Positions 1 to 8,574 of a stretch of DNA of 11,696 nt are shown here, one piece after another. Both the position numbers and the translations under genes were made by a program. The notes beneath the pieces are model-generated. The model saw only the letters and a program-made list of their open reading frames with translations. It was not told where the DNA came from and did not search any database. The stretch is from a virus. Lineage: Duplodnaviria > Heunggongvirae > Uroviricota > Caudoviricetes. Location of the stretch: IMG/VR virus record IMGVR_UViG_2617270952_000003; one strand, written 5' to 3'. How positions within the stretch are numbered: the stretch's first letter is position 1; every line of letters begins with the position of its first letter.

Positions 1-318
1 ATGAAAAAGATAGCTGCTATATCATTAATTAGTATTTTTATTGTGTCTGGTTGTGCTGTGCATAATGATGAGACAAGTATCGGTAAATTTGGTCTTGCAT
101 ATAAAAGTAATATTCAGCGTAAACTCGATAACCAATACTACACCGAAGCCGAAGCTTCTTTAGCCAGGGGCAGAATATCTGGTGCAGAAAATATAGTAAA
201 AAATGATGCAGCCCATTTCTGTGTTACTCAGGGCAAAAAAATGCAGATAGTTGACCTGAAGACAGAAGGTGCAGGATTACATGGCGTCGCTCGTCTGACA
301 TTCAAATGTGGAGAGTGA
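1..318 (+). CDS. Putative lipoprotein in the left host flank (105 aa)
   Basis: ORF starts at the window's first base with a hydrophobic signal-like N-terminus and a lipobox-like VSGC motif (MKKIAAISLISIFIVSGC). Lies outside the prophage att core. Confidence 0.55.
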   Translation: MKKIAAISLISIFIVSGCAVHNDETSIGKFGLAYKSNIQRKLDNQYYTEAEASLARGRISGAENIVKNDAAHFCVTQGKKMQIVDLKTEGAGLHGVARLTFKCGE

Positions 319-477
319 GAATATTTTTTGGTAAGCGTCAAACATGCGCGTTCTGGTTGTGCTTAGCCGGAACCTGTGCGAGCACGATGCCGTTACGTGA
401 AAGGCATCGTGCTATGAAGGGAGATTCTATCGATGTGGTCAATGGAAGACGGTTACCAGAGATAGGGCTTATGCATA

Positions 478-504
478 AAAAAATAAGCCCGTGTAAGGGC
501 GTTT
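478..504. other. Putative attL core of the P2-like integrase
   Basis: AAAAAATAAGCCCGTGTAAGGGCGTTT matches the P2 attP/attB core as recalled from memory (AAAAAATAAGCCCGTGTAAGGGAGATT) at 25 of 27 positions. It lies about 80 bp beyond the 3' end of int, as in P2. Confidence 0.55.
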
Positions 505-583
505 ATATACCCTTACAACAGGGGCTTTCAGCGGTGCAATGCGGGTTTGCGCGGCACGCAAGACCACTGAAAGCCATAATAAA

Positions 584-1597
584 CTACCCTACTGTGGACA
601 CTGTGTGGACACTCTGAGAGCCAACACCACCACGTAGAGGATTAAGCGTTATCGCGTCCTGTAGGTACTCAGGGGCGAAGTGCGCATATGTCATTGTCTG
701 CTCAATTCTTGAATGCCCAAGTATTCTCTGAAGCGTGATAATGTTGCCTCCGTTTATCATAAAGTGCGTGGCGAAGCTGTGCCGCAATGCGTGCGTAGCC
801 TGACCCGGTGGTAGGTCGGGTTTCAGCTCCTTCATTAGCCGTCTGAACGCGGGATAGTTAGCATCAGTGAACAGATAGCCACGCTTACCCGTTGTGATCA
901 TTGTTGCCAGTTCCTCGGATATAGGAACGGTTCGCGGCTTGTTGGTTTTTGTCTTAACGAAAGTGACGCGATTTTGAATGATATTTTCCGCTTTCAGTTT
1001 TGCTGCCTCACTCCATCTCGCGCCGGTGCTAAGGCAAAGAATCGCAATTTTTTTATTATCACCGTCCACTTTTGACAGCAGAAGCGCGATCTCCTCTTGC
1101 GTCAGGTAGCCGGTTTCTGGCTTATCCTCTTTGAGTCTTTTAAGACCTCGGAAAGGATGCTCCCCGAAAAATAGCTCCGCATCTATCAACGCGGTAAACA
1201 TCCCGCTAAGACACGTTAAATCACGATTTATACTCGATGGCTTGATGCCTTGAGAACGCCGCACAGTGCTGTATTGGCTTATCAATGACTTAGTAATCTG
1301 AAAGGCACAAGGGTCACTGGTTATCTTTGTGAACAACTCTAACTTGCCCAGGTAATCTCGGCCGTGAGTTTCATACTTGCCTTTCAGCTCCCACCAGATT
1401 TTTGTTAGCTCTGACAGATGCCGCTTATCTGTCGGTTTCGCCAACCATTCTTTGTTGTGATGGTTGTACTGGGTATGCTTCTCGAAAGCGATAGCTTCGC
1501 TTTTCTTGTCAAATTTCCTGCGGATGCGCTTTCCGTTGCGCCCTGCAGGTCTAATGTCCACTTCATAACGACCATCATCGAGCTTTTTAACAGACAT
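584..1597 (-). CDS. int: Tyrosine integrase, P2 Int-like
   Basis: Minus-strand ORF. I place the start at the internal Met (MSVKKLDDGRYEVDIRP...), which has a GGGAGG Shine-Dalgarno just upstream on the minus strand. C-terminal region has tyrosine-recombinase motifs (HALRHSFATHF, LGHS...TMTYAH). Sits next to the att core. Confidence 0.9.
   Translation of the reverse strand: MSVKKLDDGRYEVDIRPAGRNGKRIRRKFDKKSEAIAFEKHTQYNHHNKEWLAKPTDKRHLSELTKIWWELKGKYETHGRDYLGKLELFTKITSDPCAFQITKSLISQYSTVRRSQGIKPSSINRDLTCLSGMFTALIDAELFFGEHPFRGLKRLKEDKPETGYLTQEEIALLLSKVDGDNKKIAILCLSTGARWSEAAKLKAENIIQNRVTFVKTKTNKPRTVPISEELATMITTGKRGYLFTDANYPAFRRLMKELKPDLPPGQATHALRHSFATHFMINGGNIITLQRILGHSRIEQTMTYAHFAPEYLQDAITLNPLRGGVGSQSVHTVSTVG
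593..612. repeat. Direct repeat TGTGGACAC x2, possible Int arm-type binding sites
   Basis: TGTGGACAC occurs at 593-601 and 604-612, one helical turn apart, beside the att core and overlapping the 3' end of int. It resembles the P2 Int arm-site consensus as I recall it. Confidence 0.35.
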
Positions 1598-1693
1598 AAA
1601 GCCTCCCGATGATGTTACTGCGTACTTCAATTTCCTGATTTAAATAACAAAAACTCACCGTGCATTTACTGCACAGATAAGCACCGTAAATGG

Positions 1694-1990
1694 TTAGCCA
1701 GTTTTCTGGTCTGAGTGGGGTGACGTTGTTGTCTGCTGCCCAAAGTGCGCGAGAGCCGGTGCAATCTGCCCAGCTTCTGGTGATATCGTCTCAGTCATGA
1801 ACCACATGGTATATTTTTTGAACTGTGGATGATTCAAAATCTTCATCACTGCTTGTATGCCCATATCTTTTACTCCCTTCTCATAACTAGAAAGAGAGCT
1901 ATACGGAACTCCAGTTAAGTCACTGAATTCTTTTCTATTCATACGTTCCGACTCACGCATGATGGCCAGCTTCTCGTTGACGGGTATCAT
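1694..1990 (-). CDS. C: Immunity repressor, P2 C-like (about 98 aa)
   Basis: Divergent from cox and upstream of int, as in P2. Start placed at the internal Met (MIPVNEKLAIMRESERMNRKEFSDLTGVPYSSLSSYEKG), which gives an HTH-like N-terminus. The C-terminal tail (QIAPALAHFGQ...TTSPHS.QKTG) matches my recollection of P2 C. Confidence 0.75.
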   Translation of the reverse strand: MIPVNEKLAIMRESERMNRKEFSDLTGVPYSSLSSYEKGVKDMGIQAVMKILNHPQFKKYTMWFMTETISPEAGQIAPALAHFGQQTTTSPHSDQKTG

Positions 1991-2073
1991 CGTAATTAAC
2001 ACTCCACTATTGATAGAAAAACGATAACGGAGTAGTCTTCGCTTCGTTACCGCAGATTTATGGCTCCAATATG

Positions 2074-2104
2074 GCAATTAAAAGCCATTAGGAGCAATTA
2101 AAAC
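2074..2104. promoter_or_regulatory. Putative C-repressor operator / early promoter region (direct repeats GCAATTAAAA)
   Basis: GCAATTAAAA occurs at 2074-2083 and 2094-2103, 20 bp centre to centre, in the C-cox intergenic region. P2 C repressor is known to bind direct repeats flanking the early promoter. A GAGGAA ribosome-binding site precedes cox. Confidence 0.4.
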
Positions 2105-2125
2105 ACTAACGAGGAATAGTCACAA

Positions 2126-2401
2126 ATGAATAGGGTCATTGAGAGCGCGAGCGACGCGGTTCCGTATCAGGAGTTTGCGCGTCTTATTGGTAAAACCCCT
2201 GCTGCTGTCAAAGGGATGATTGAGAAAGGCAAACTACCGATAGTTGAGATGACTGATCCGCAGTCTACAAGTGGGAGAGCAGGGGAATACTGGGTATATC
2301 TGCCAGCATGGAACAAAGGCATGAAGATGGCCTATGACAGTCGCCCTAAAGAAATTCGGGATGGTTGGTTGATGTGGTTGGGATTAGGTGAACCAGCATA
2401 A
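2126..2401 (+). CDS. cox: Cox-like excisionase/transcriptional regulator (91 aa)
   Basis: First rightward gene, divergent from C. Length matches P2 Cox (91 aa). Position and orientation are as in P2. Confidence 0.7.
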   Translation: MNRVIESASDAVPYQEFARLIGKTPAAVKGMIEKGKLPIVEMTDPQSTSGRAGEYWVYLPAWNKGMKMAYDSRPKEIRDGWLMWLGLGEPA

Positions 2402-2411
2402 GGAGCCAGAA

Positions 2412-2582
2412 ATGAAAGAGCCACGTTGTATAGCTCAGTTACTGCGTAACGAAAGTCCACGCCCGATGAAGTTCAACATCACTCATGGTAAAGGGCGTAA
2501 AGGCATCATCATCCGCACTCGCAAGCCTGGATTTATTGCTATGGCTAAACGCTTTATGAAATCCCGAGGGATATCGTTATGA
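2412..2582 (+). CDS. Small early-region ORF (56 aa), P2 orf78-like by position
   Basis: ATG at 2412 is preceded by AGGAG with a 6-nt spacer. Its stop overlaps the start of B (ATGA at 2579-2582). Basic small protein. Confidence 0.5.
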   Translation: MKEPRCIAQLLRNESPRPMKFNITHGKGRKGIIIRTRKPGFIAMAKRFMKSRGISL

Positions 2583-3079
2583 CGGTTATGACTCTTGCAT
2601 TAGTTCAAAAACAACCTGCAGCTCTACGCGTCGTTATAGGAAAGCATCTTGCGGAACCTCGCTGGCACGATACCTGTGATTTTTATAATCAGATGATGGA
2701 GCGTGACCGCTTGACTGTCTGTTTTCATGCTCGGTTAAAACAGCGTCACGCAGTAATGCGCTTTGAAGAAATGAATGATGTCGACCGCGAACGTCTGGCT
2801 TGTGCTATCGATGAGCTGCGCGCTGCTTTTTCAAAACGTCGTCAGGTTGGCGCAAGTGAATCTGCATATATTAGTTTTCTAACGGTGGGTCAGCGCCGCT
2901 CTTTATTTCTACACGCGGGATTGAGTGAGGTCGAGTTCAATCAGCCTTACTGGCGCATTGACGAAGATGCTTGTTATTGGCGAGAGAAACTATTCCGCGC
3001 TTTGCGTGAGCTTTTTGGGTTATTTGAACACGCGCCAACGATATTAACCTCGGTAAAGCCTGAGCAGTATTTACATTAA
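2579..3079 (+). CDS. B: Replication accessory protein, P2 B-like (166 aa)
   Basis: Same length as P2 B (166 aa) and same position between cox/orf78 and A. Translationally coupled to the upstream ORF. Confidence 0.6.
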   Translation: MTVMTLALVQKQPAALRVVIGKHLAEPRWHDTCDFYNQMMERDRLTVCFHARLKQRHAVMRFEEMNDVDRERLACAIDELRAAFSKRRQVGASESAYISFLTVGQRRSLFLHAGLSEVEFNQPYWRIDEDACYWREKLFRALRELFGLFEHAPTILTSVKPEQYLH

Positions 3080-3145
3080 TTAATCTGGATTCGTTTTATT
3101 ACACGCCTTACTGCGTGGGGATTCCTTTTGTCTGGAGATAGGCAA

Positions 3146-3364
3146 ATGCATAAACAAAATAAAGTGCCGACGTGTGTGCTCTCGGTACATCTGGCGCAAG
3201 CGTTGCGCGATGCGCAGCTCGATACCGCGACCCGTTTATCCTCTCATTTTGATCGCCTAATTGCGCACATCAGTAAGTTAGAACTCAACCGCACCGAGAT
3301 CATCGAGCTATTGGGGCAAGAGTCCGAAAAATTGCACAACTCAATTTTTCATTGTGCTTGCTAA
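3146..3364 (+). CDS. Small early-region hypothetical protein (72 aa)
   Basis: ATG at 3146 with GGAG upstream. Lies in the P2 orf80-83 interval. Confidence 0.45.
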   Translation: MHKQNKVPTCVLSVHLAQALRDAQLDTATRLSSHFDRLIAHISKLELNRTEIIELLGQESEKLHNSIFHCAC

Positions 3365-3386
3365 TCAATTTTAGAAGGAGACAAAA

Positions 3387-3662
3387 ATGAGTATCCGTAT
3401 CGAGATAAATCATCAGTATGTAGTTACAAGCGATCGCTACCAGTTCATTTTGCAGGAAAAGAAAGTGGCGACTGCTGGAAAAAATAAAGGTAGCGAATGG
3501 CTTGATACTGTCGGGTATTACCCGACGATTCAAAAACTGATTTCTGGTCTGGTGCTACATGACCTTTTAAATGGCGGTGCTGATAGTTTTGCGGCGTTGG
3601 GTGAGCAGGTCGAGCAGTTGGGACTGCAATGTCAGACCGCGTTTTGTGCTGATGGCCGTTGA
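3387..3662 (+). CDS. Early-region hypothetical protein (91 aa)
   Basis: Strong ribosome-binding site (GAAGGAGACAAAAATG). Its stop overlaps the A start. P2 orf82/83-like by position. Confidence 0.55.
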   Translation: MSIRIEINHQYVVTSDRYQFILQEKKVATAGKNKGSEWLDTVGYYPTIQKLISGLVLHDLLNGGADSFAALGEQVEQLGLQCQTAFCADGR

Positions 3663-5943
3663 GACTCGGGGGCGTATTGCCCCCTCGCTAGCCCTGCCAA
3701 TATCTAAGCGCACCGGCGATACTTTCGTTGGTGCTTATCCCTGGAATGCTCCCCGCGCTGCCATTGGCCGTGACAGACCCCTTACACGTGCCGAATTCCG
3801 TCAGGTGCAAGGTGTTTTATACCGGATTGACCGCCTGCCTTTCTTTCTTAAGACGTTGTTTACTTCCCGTTATAACTTCATTCGTCGCACAAAGAGCCCG
3901 CCCGGGGCGCTCTATTTCCTGAAAAACACCTTTGAGCGGAAGCTGTTGCCGCGTCTTGAGCGCGTTAACGAGCTGTGCGGGATGAATGAATCTGCGTCGA
4001 TTGGTTTCTTGTCTGAGCGTGACGAATATGCGCGCTTGCCTGATATGAATGACAAAGAGCTGAAAAAATTTGCGGCCAGAATTGCCGCGCAGCTCTGGCG
4101 TAAATACGAGGAACTCAGCGACGAATGGGCTGAGGCATTCGGCGGTAAAGAGACCCTTTTCACCGATGAGGCGCAGGTGCACATATATGGTCAGGTGGCT
4201 GGTGTTGCACGCGCGTTCAACTTAACCCCGCTCTACTGGAAAAAATACCGTAAGGGTCAGATGACGATCCGCATGGCGTTTTCCGCTATTTCCCGTCTGA
4301 TAAAAGATGATTGGTGGGTTAACCAGCTCAAGGCGCAGCGTATGCGCTGGCGCGAGGCGCTGCTTATCGCTGCCGGTGAAGTCAACAAAGACCGTTCACC
4401 TTACGCCAGCAAAATGGCGATCCGCGAGGTTCACTCGCGCCGGCTGGCTAATCTCGAATACCTGAAATCCTGTGAGCTGGAAAACAAAGTTACCGGCGAA
4501 CGTATCGACCTCATCAGTAAAGTCATGGGGAGTATTTCAAACCCTGAAATACGCCGTATGGAGCTGATGAACACCATTGCCGGAATTGAACGCTATGCGG
4601 CCAGCGTTGGTGATGTGGGAATGTTTATCACGCTGACCACGCCGTCGAAGTATCACCCGACCCGACAGGTCGGCAAAGGTGACAGCAAAACGGTGCAGCT
4701 CAATCACGGCTGGAACGAAACCGCATTCACCCCTAAAAACGGCCAGCGCTATCTGTGCCGAATCTGGAGCCTGATGCGTACCGCTTTCAAAGATAACGAT
4801 TTGGAAGTGTATGGGATGCGCGTTGTCGAGCCGCACCACGACGGCACGCCACACTGGCATATGATGCTTTTTTGCAAACTCAGTCAGCGTAAAGCTATCA
4901 ACGAAATTATGCGTCGTTATGCCCTCAAAGAGGACGGACACGAAAAGGGCGCGGCAAAACAGCGCTTTGAGTCGCGTCACCTTAATCAGGGGGGCGCGGC
5001 GGGTTATATCGCCAAATACATTGCCAAAAATATCGACGGCTACGCGCTTGACGGTCAGCTCGATCACGATACCGGCAAATCTCTGAAAGATACGGCCGCA
5101 GCCGTAACCGCATGGGCGTCTACATGGCGTATCCCTCAGTTTAAACCGATTGGCCTCCCGACAATGGGCGCTTACCGCGAACTGCGTAAGCTGCCGCGCG
5201 GGGTGAGTATCGCCAGCGAGTTTGACGACCGTGTCGAGGCCGTCCGGGCTGCTGCAGATGAGGGGGAATTTGACCTGTACATCAGCGCGCAGGGTGGGGC
5301 AAACATGCCGCGTGATGCTCAGGCGGTCAGGGTCGCCCGTAAGGTGACGGATGAGGTAAACGAATACGAGGAGGATATCGAGAAAGTGGTCGGTATTTAT
5401 GCCCCTCATCTTGGGGTGAGCCGCGTACATGTAACCCGTACAGCGGAATGGCGCATAGTTCCAAAGGTTTTGGCCGTTGAGCCTTTGACCTTAAAAAGCG
5501 GCTCTGCCGCGCCTCGGAGTCCTGTCAATAACTGTGGAAAGCTTGCCGACGGTGGCGATCCAGTTATGACACCTACACCGTCTGAGCAAGCCGCAGCGGT
5601 GTTAAATCTGATTGAGGCCGGGGTTATCGGCTGGAATGAGCCAGACGTCATGAAGGTTCTTAACGGCGCGTTAAAAGCTGGCGCACCTCGCAATAATCGC
5701 CAGCAAAGAAGCAATGCGCCACTCAAAACGAGCGAGCAAGCTCCATCAGCCAGGATGACAAAACCAGAAAGGGATCGCGTGGCGAAAATTCGTTTCGATT
5801 TGGCTCAGGAGGGCATTACCCCGGAACGGTGGGCGCTCGAAGCGCTGGCGCGTGGGGCAACGGTGATTTATGGCGATAAAAAAATCAAATACGCGGCTGC
5901 TGATGAGTGGCCGGGATTCTCAATTCAAGAGGAGCAGAATTAA
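3652..5943 (+). CDS. A: Rolling-circle replication initiator endonuclease, P2 gpA-like (about 763 aa)
   Basis: HUH-type motif PHWHMM at nt 4849-4866 and twin-tyrosine motif GYIAKYIAKN at nt 5002-5031, both hallmarks of the phiX174-A / P2-A initiator superfamily. Start placed at the internal Met MAVETRG (3652), giving a length close to P2 A. Confidence 0.85.
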   Translation: MAVETRGRIAPSLALPISKRTGDTFVGAYPWNAPRAAIGRDRPLTRAEFRQVQGVLYRIDRLPFFLKTLFTSRYNFIRRTKSPPGALYFLKNTFERKLLPRLERVNELCGMNESASIGFLSERDEYARLPDMNDKELKKFAARIAAQLWRKYEELSDEWAEAFGGKETLFTDEAQVHIYGQVAGVARAFNLTPLYWKKYRKGQMTIRMAFSAISRLIKDDWWVNQLKAQRMRWREALLIAAGEVNKDRSPYASKMAIREVHSRRLANLEYLKSCELENKVTGERIDLISKVMGSISNPEIRRMELMNTIAGIERYAASVGDVGMFITLTTPSKYHPTRQVGKGDSKTVQLNHGWNETAFTPKNGQRYLCRIWSLMRTAFKDNDLEVYGMRVVEPHHDGTPHWHMMLFCKLSQRKAINEIMRRYALKEDGHEKGAAKQRFESRHLNQGGAAGYIAKYIAKNIDGYALDGQLDHDTGKSLKDTAAAVTAWASTWRIPQFKPIGLPTMGAYRELRKLPRGVSIASEFDDRVEAVRAAADEGEFDLYISAQGGANMPRDAQAVRVARKVTDEVNEYEEDIEKVVGIYAPHLGVSRVHVTRTAEWRIVPKVLAVEPLTLKSGSAAPRSPVNNCGKLADGGDPVMTPTPSEQAAAVLNLIEAGVIGWNEPDVMKVLNGALKAGAPRNNRQQRSNAPLKTSEQAPSARMTKPERDRVAKIRFDLAQEGITPERWALEALARGATVIYGDKKIKYAAADEWPGFSIQEEQN

Positions 5944-6407
5944 TGAGCAAAATCCATGAGTTAAAAATTGCACCTGAGTATTTTAACTCTGTGATATCTC
6001 AGGAAAAACGTGCTGAATTTCGTCTCAATGACCGCGATTATTCTAGCGGTGATATTCTCGGGTTGCATGAATGGGAACCGGTAAACAGATATACCGGGAA
6101 ACGTGTATCAGTGAGGGTGACAAACGTTACGGATTTATCTGAATGGGCGGAAAATTATGTGATGCTGAGTTTTCAGTTAATGATGCCAGATGTCCAGTGC
6201 GGTATGTCCCTAATGAACTGGAAAGAGTTAAGCGAGAAGGGGCTTGTTTTCAGAGTTAATCACGAAATTCTACACCCGTTAGGGCTGGCTATTAGATATG
6301 AAACACTTAACAGCGTTTCTGGTAGGGCTTACATCGCTGATGATGGTGTCTGGCAATATTCCGACAAGTTGGTCGCAGATGCTAAAAAAAATGGGTGGTT
6401 AAAATGA
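5943..6407 (+). CDS. DUF3850 / ASCH-like protein (154 aa), P2 orf91-like by position
   Basis: Start overlaps the A stop (TAATG) with a GAGGAG ribosome-binding site. N-terminus MSKIHELKIAPEYFNSVISQEKRAEFRLNDRDY resembles the DUF3850 (ASCH-like) fold family found downstream of A in P2-like phages. Confidence 0.6.
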   Translation: MSKIHELKIAPEYFNSVISQEKRAEFRLNDRDYSSGDILGLHEWEPVNRYTGKRVSVRVTNVTDLSEWAENYVMLSFQLMMPDVQCGMSLMNWKELSEKGLVFRVNHEILHPLGLAIRYETLNSVSGRAYIADDGVWQYSDKLVADAKKNGWLK

Positions 6408-6643
6408 GTCATATGCGAATGATGCCAGTGCCGCCGATACATTCAACGCAAAACATTAAGCTGATGGCCGTCGTACATCGCCTGCAACAAATTATGATTA
6501 ACGAGAATCTGACCCCTGACGAACTGGTCGGGTGTGCCGGTGTCGTCCGGGATAATCACCGCAAATACAGCGATATCAGCAATCCGAAAATTGAGGCGTT
6601 TCGGCCACCAAATATGGCAAAGCCACCACCGCGTCGACCATAG
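6404..6643 (+). CDS. Hypothetical small protein (79 aa)
   Basis: ATGA overlap with the preceding ORF's stop and GGTGG upstream. No recognisable motifs. Occupies the position where P2 carries tin/old. Confidence 0.35.
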   Translation: MSHMRMMPVPPIHSTQNIKLMAVVHRLQQIMINENLTPDELVGCAGVVRDNHRKYSDISNPKIEAFRPPNMAKPPPRRP

Positions 6644-6925
6644 CAAACGCCGCCGGTGCTGAAACTTGTTTTCAGTGCCAGCGGTGTTGAGCAACGAGCC
6701 CCGCGAGACGTTAGCCTGCACCGTAGAGACCACCCCCAACCGGCACGATTAAAGTCGGTTTTATTATGCAATTTTCCCACAATTTCCCGGTTTTTTAGCC
6801 GTGCATGCAACAGGTGCATTTTTTTGCATACGTTGGGGATGCCTGTTCTGGCCGCGCGCCGCCAGAGCAGGCGCGGATCCAGAGTGGTCATGCAACTGCA
6901 TTAAAAACGACCCATAAAGCGGGCA

Positions 6926-6944
6926 GGCGAGGCGGGGTAAGCAT
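6926..6944. other. Putative cos site (19-nt cohesive-end sequence)
   Basis: GGCGAGGCGGGGTAAGCAT matches the P2/186/P4 cohesive end as recalled (GGCGAGGCGGGGAAAGCAC) at 17 of 19 positions. It sits in a GC-rich non-coding stretch (6644-6943). Confidence 0.5.
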
Positions 6945-7015
6945 TGCGCGCGCCTGTCAAAGATATTAAGATTGTCTCAAAATCGATTGATTTTATTGAA
7001 CTAATGGAGCTAGGA

Positions 7016-8572
7016 ATGATTAAGGGTATAGGTCTTCAAAACTTCAGGAGCTTTGTCAACAAAACGTTTATTGATTTAAAACCAATTACAGTATTTGTTG
7101 GTAAGAACAGCAGTGGTAAAAGTTCCCTATTGCGCACATTTCCTTTACTTCGTCAATCTGTAGAAGAAAATACTACTGGCCCAATACTATGGTATGGGAG
7201 ATATGTGGATTTTGGCGATTTTACAGATGTACTTTCCCGAAACTCTGAAAAAAAAGAAATTACGTTTAGTTTTTCACTCTCAATTCCGCCAGAGGTTTCA
7301 CAAAGATATACATATTATCGTTCTACTGATTTAGCAAAGCAACCAACAGATATTGAAGCAGAGTTAACTGTTTACTCTAAAGATAAAAAAACAAAAACGA
7401 AAACGATTAAGCTTATATTGGCTGATTTAACAATATTTATTTCAATGGATGAGAGTAGTAATGTTAAATTACTCATTGAATCAGATGATAAAACAATAGA
7501 GCGTGATGGGATAATAGCTAAAAATCTTGGGCAGTTCATACCAAATCTAATTTTGAAGGGTAAGGAAGACAGTCCTCCTCCAAGCACATCATTCTATTTG
7601 AGACATTCTAGGCATGACAGGGCGTTAGAATTGTCATTTATTGATTCAGCGGCGAAATATATAAAGAAATATTTCCATACTAAATCTGATATAAATCAAG
7701 TGACAGAGGCATTCAAAAGAATTGGCTTTATACCCAAAGCGTACGCTAGTAAATTAGTTGCTTTTCTATTTAAGGAACAAAAAGTTTTTAGTAGAAACTT
7801 TGAATTTCAACATGATGAAATAATGAATGAGTTATATCCATTTATAATTGGATGGAATATTAATAATCTTATAGATATAATAAATACATCCTTGTCAGAT
7901 TCATTCAGAAATGTAAAGTACATAGCTCCACTGCGTGCTACATCAGAAAGATTTTATCGTTTTCAAGATTTACAGGTTAATGAGATAGATCATACTGGTT
8001 CCAATCTTGCAATGCTTTTGAATTCATTAAGACCGGCTGATAAATCAAAATTTGAAGATTGGACAAAGTTAAATTTTGATTTCATTATCAAGGTTGAACA
8101 AAGTGGCTCTCACTTTGCAATTTTAATAAACACCGGTGAAAATAGTGAGAACTATAATGTTAGTGATATGGGGTTTGGTTATTCTCAGGTTTTGCCGATA
8201 GTTACAGCCATTTGGCTTGAGACAGAACGTCGTGCTACCACGGTTAGAAAACCTATAACATTTATCATTGAGCAGCCAGAATTGCATTTACATCCGTCAT
8301 ATCAGCATAATTTAGCAAGTATTTTTGCAAAAGTAGTAACTAAAGCAAAAGAAAATAATGTAGATTTGAAGATAATTTTTGAGACACATAGCCAGACCAT
8401 GATTGAAGCACTTGGTGAATATATTGAGGAAAATGAAAGTCTTTCACAGGATGATATTTCAATACTGGTATTTGAAAAAGATGATAAGCAGCAGACTATA
8501 GTTAAGAAATCTTATTTTGACGAGAATGGTTTCCTAAAAAATTGGCCGGTTGGCTTTTTCTCGGGTAAGTAG
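7016..8572 (+). CDS. OLD-family / AAA_21-type ABC ATPase (518 aa), candidate defense ATPase (PARIS AriA-like or Septu PtuA-like architecture)
   Basis: Walker A GKNSSGKSS at nt 7101-7127. Walker B / D-loop FIIEQPELHLHP at nt 8261-8296. Signature-like SDMGFGYSQ and H-loop-like FETHS. Lys/Thr-rich insert (KDKKTKTKTIK) between the ATPase lobes. ATG at 7016 is preceded by GGAG. The gene is AT-rich relative to the phage backbone. Confidence 0.8.
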   Translation: MIKGIGLQNFRSFVNKTFIDLKPITVFVGKNSSGKSSLLRTFPLLRQSVEENTTGPILWYGRYVDFGDFTDVLSRNSEKKEITFSFSLSIPPEVSQRYTYYRSTDLAKQPTDIEAELTVYSKDKKTKTKTIKLILADLTIFISMDESSNVKLLIESDDKTIERDGIIAKNLGQFIPNLILKGKEDSPPPSTSFYLRHSRHDRALELSFIDSAAKYIKKYFHTKSDINQVTEAFKRIGFIPKAYASKLVAFLFKEQKVFSRNFEFQHDEIMNELYPFIIGWNINNLIDIINTSLSDSFRNVKYIAPLRATSERFYRFQDLQVNEIDHTGSNLAMLLNSLRPADKSKFEDWTKLNFDFIIKVEQSGSHFAILINTGENSENYNVSDMGFGYSQVLPIVTAIWLETERRATTVRKPITFIIEQPELHLHPSYQHNLASIFAKVVTKAKENNVDLKIIFETHSQTMIEALGEYIEENESLSQDDISILVFEKDDKQQTIVKKSYFDENGFLKNWPVGFFSGK

Positions 8573-8574
8573 TT

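Noticed and set aside
306-617. 103-aa plus-strand ORF spanning the att core and the int 3' end
   Set aside because: It overlaps the att core, the arm repeats and the integrase C-terminus on the opposite strand. No convincing ribosome-binding site. Most likely a chance ORF.
1418-1612. 64-aa plus-strand ORF inside int
   Set aside because: Antisense shadow ORF lying wholly within the well-supported integrase gene.
3300-3533. 77-aa minus-strand ORF
   Set aside because: Antisense to two plus-strand early ORFs that have good ribosome-binding sites. The minus-strand orientation is inconsistent with the rightward early operon.
3728-5726. Several ORFs nested within the A gene (3728-3922 +, 3817-4182 -, 3912-4184 -, 4537-5430 -, 5406-5726 -)
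   Set aside because: All lie inside the A gene, which has HUH and twin-Tyr motifs in its own frame. Long antisense ORFs are expected by chance in GC-rich coding sequence.
6443-6904. Three overlapping ORFs in the cos region (6443-6739 -, 6556-6891 -, 6656-6904 +)
   Set aside because: Mutually overlapping on both strands in a GC-rich non-coding stretch containing the cos-like site, with no ribosome-binding sites. Interpreted as non-coding.
6944-7015. Upstream extension of the ATPase ORF to the TTG at 6944 (542-aa version)
   Set aside because: That start would overlap the cos-like site and lacks a ribosome-binding site. The ATG at 7016 has GGAG upstream and gives the typical MIKGIGLQNFRSF N-terminus of this ATPase family.
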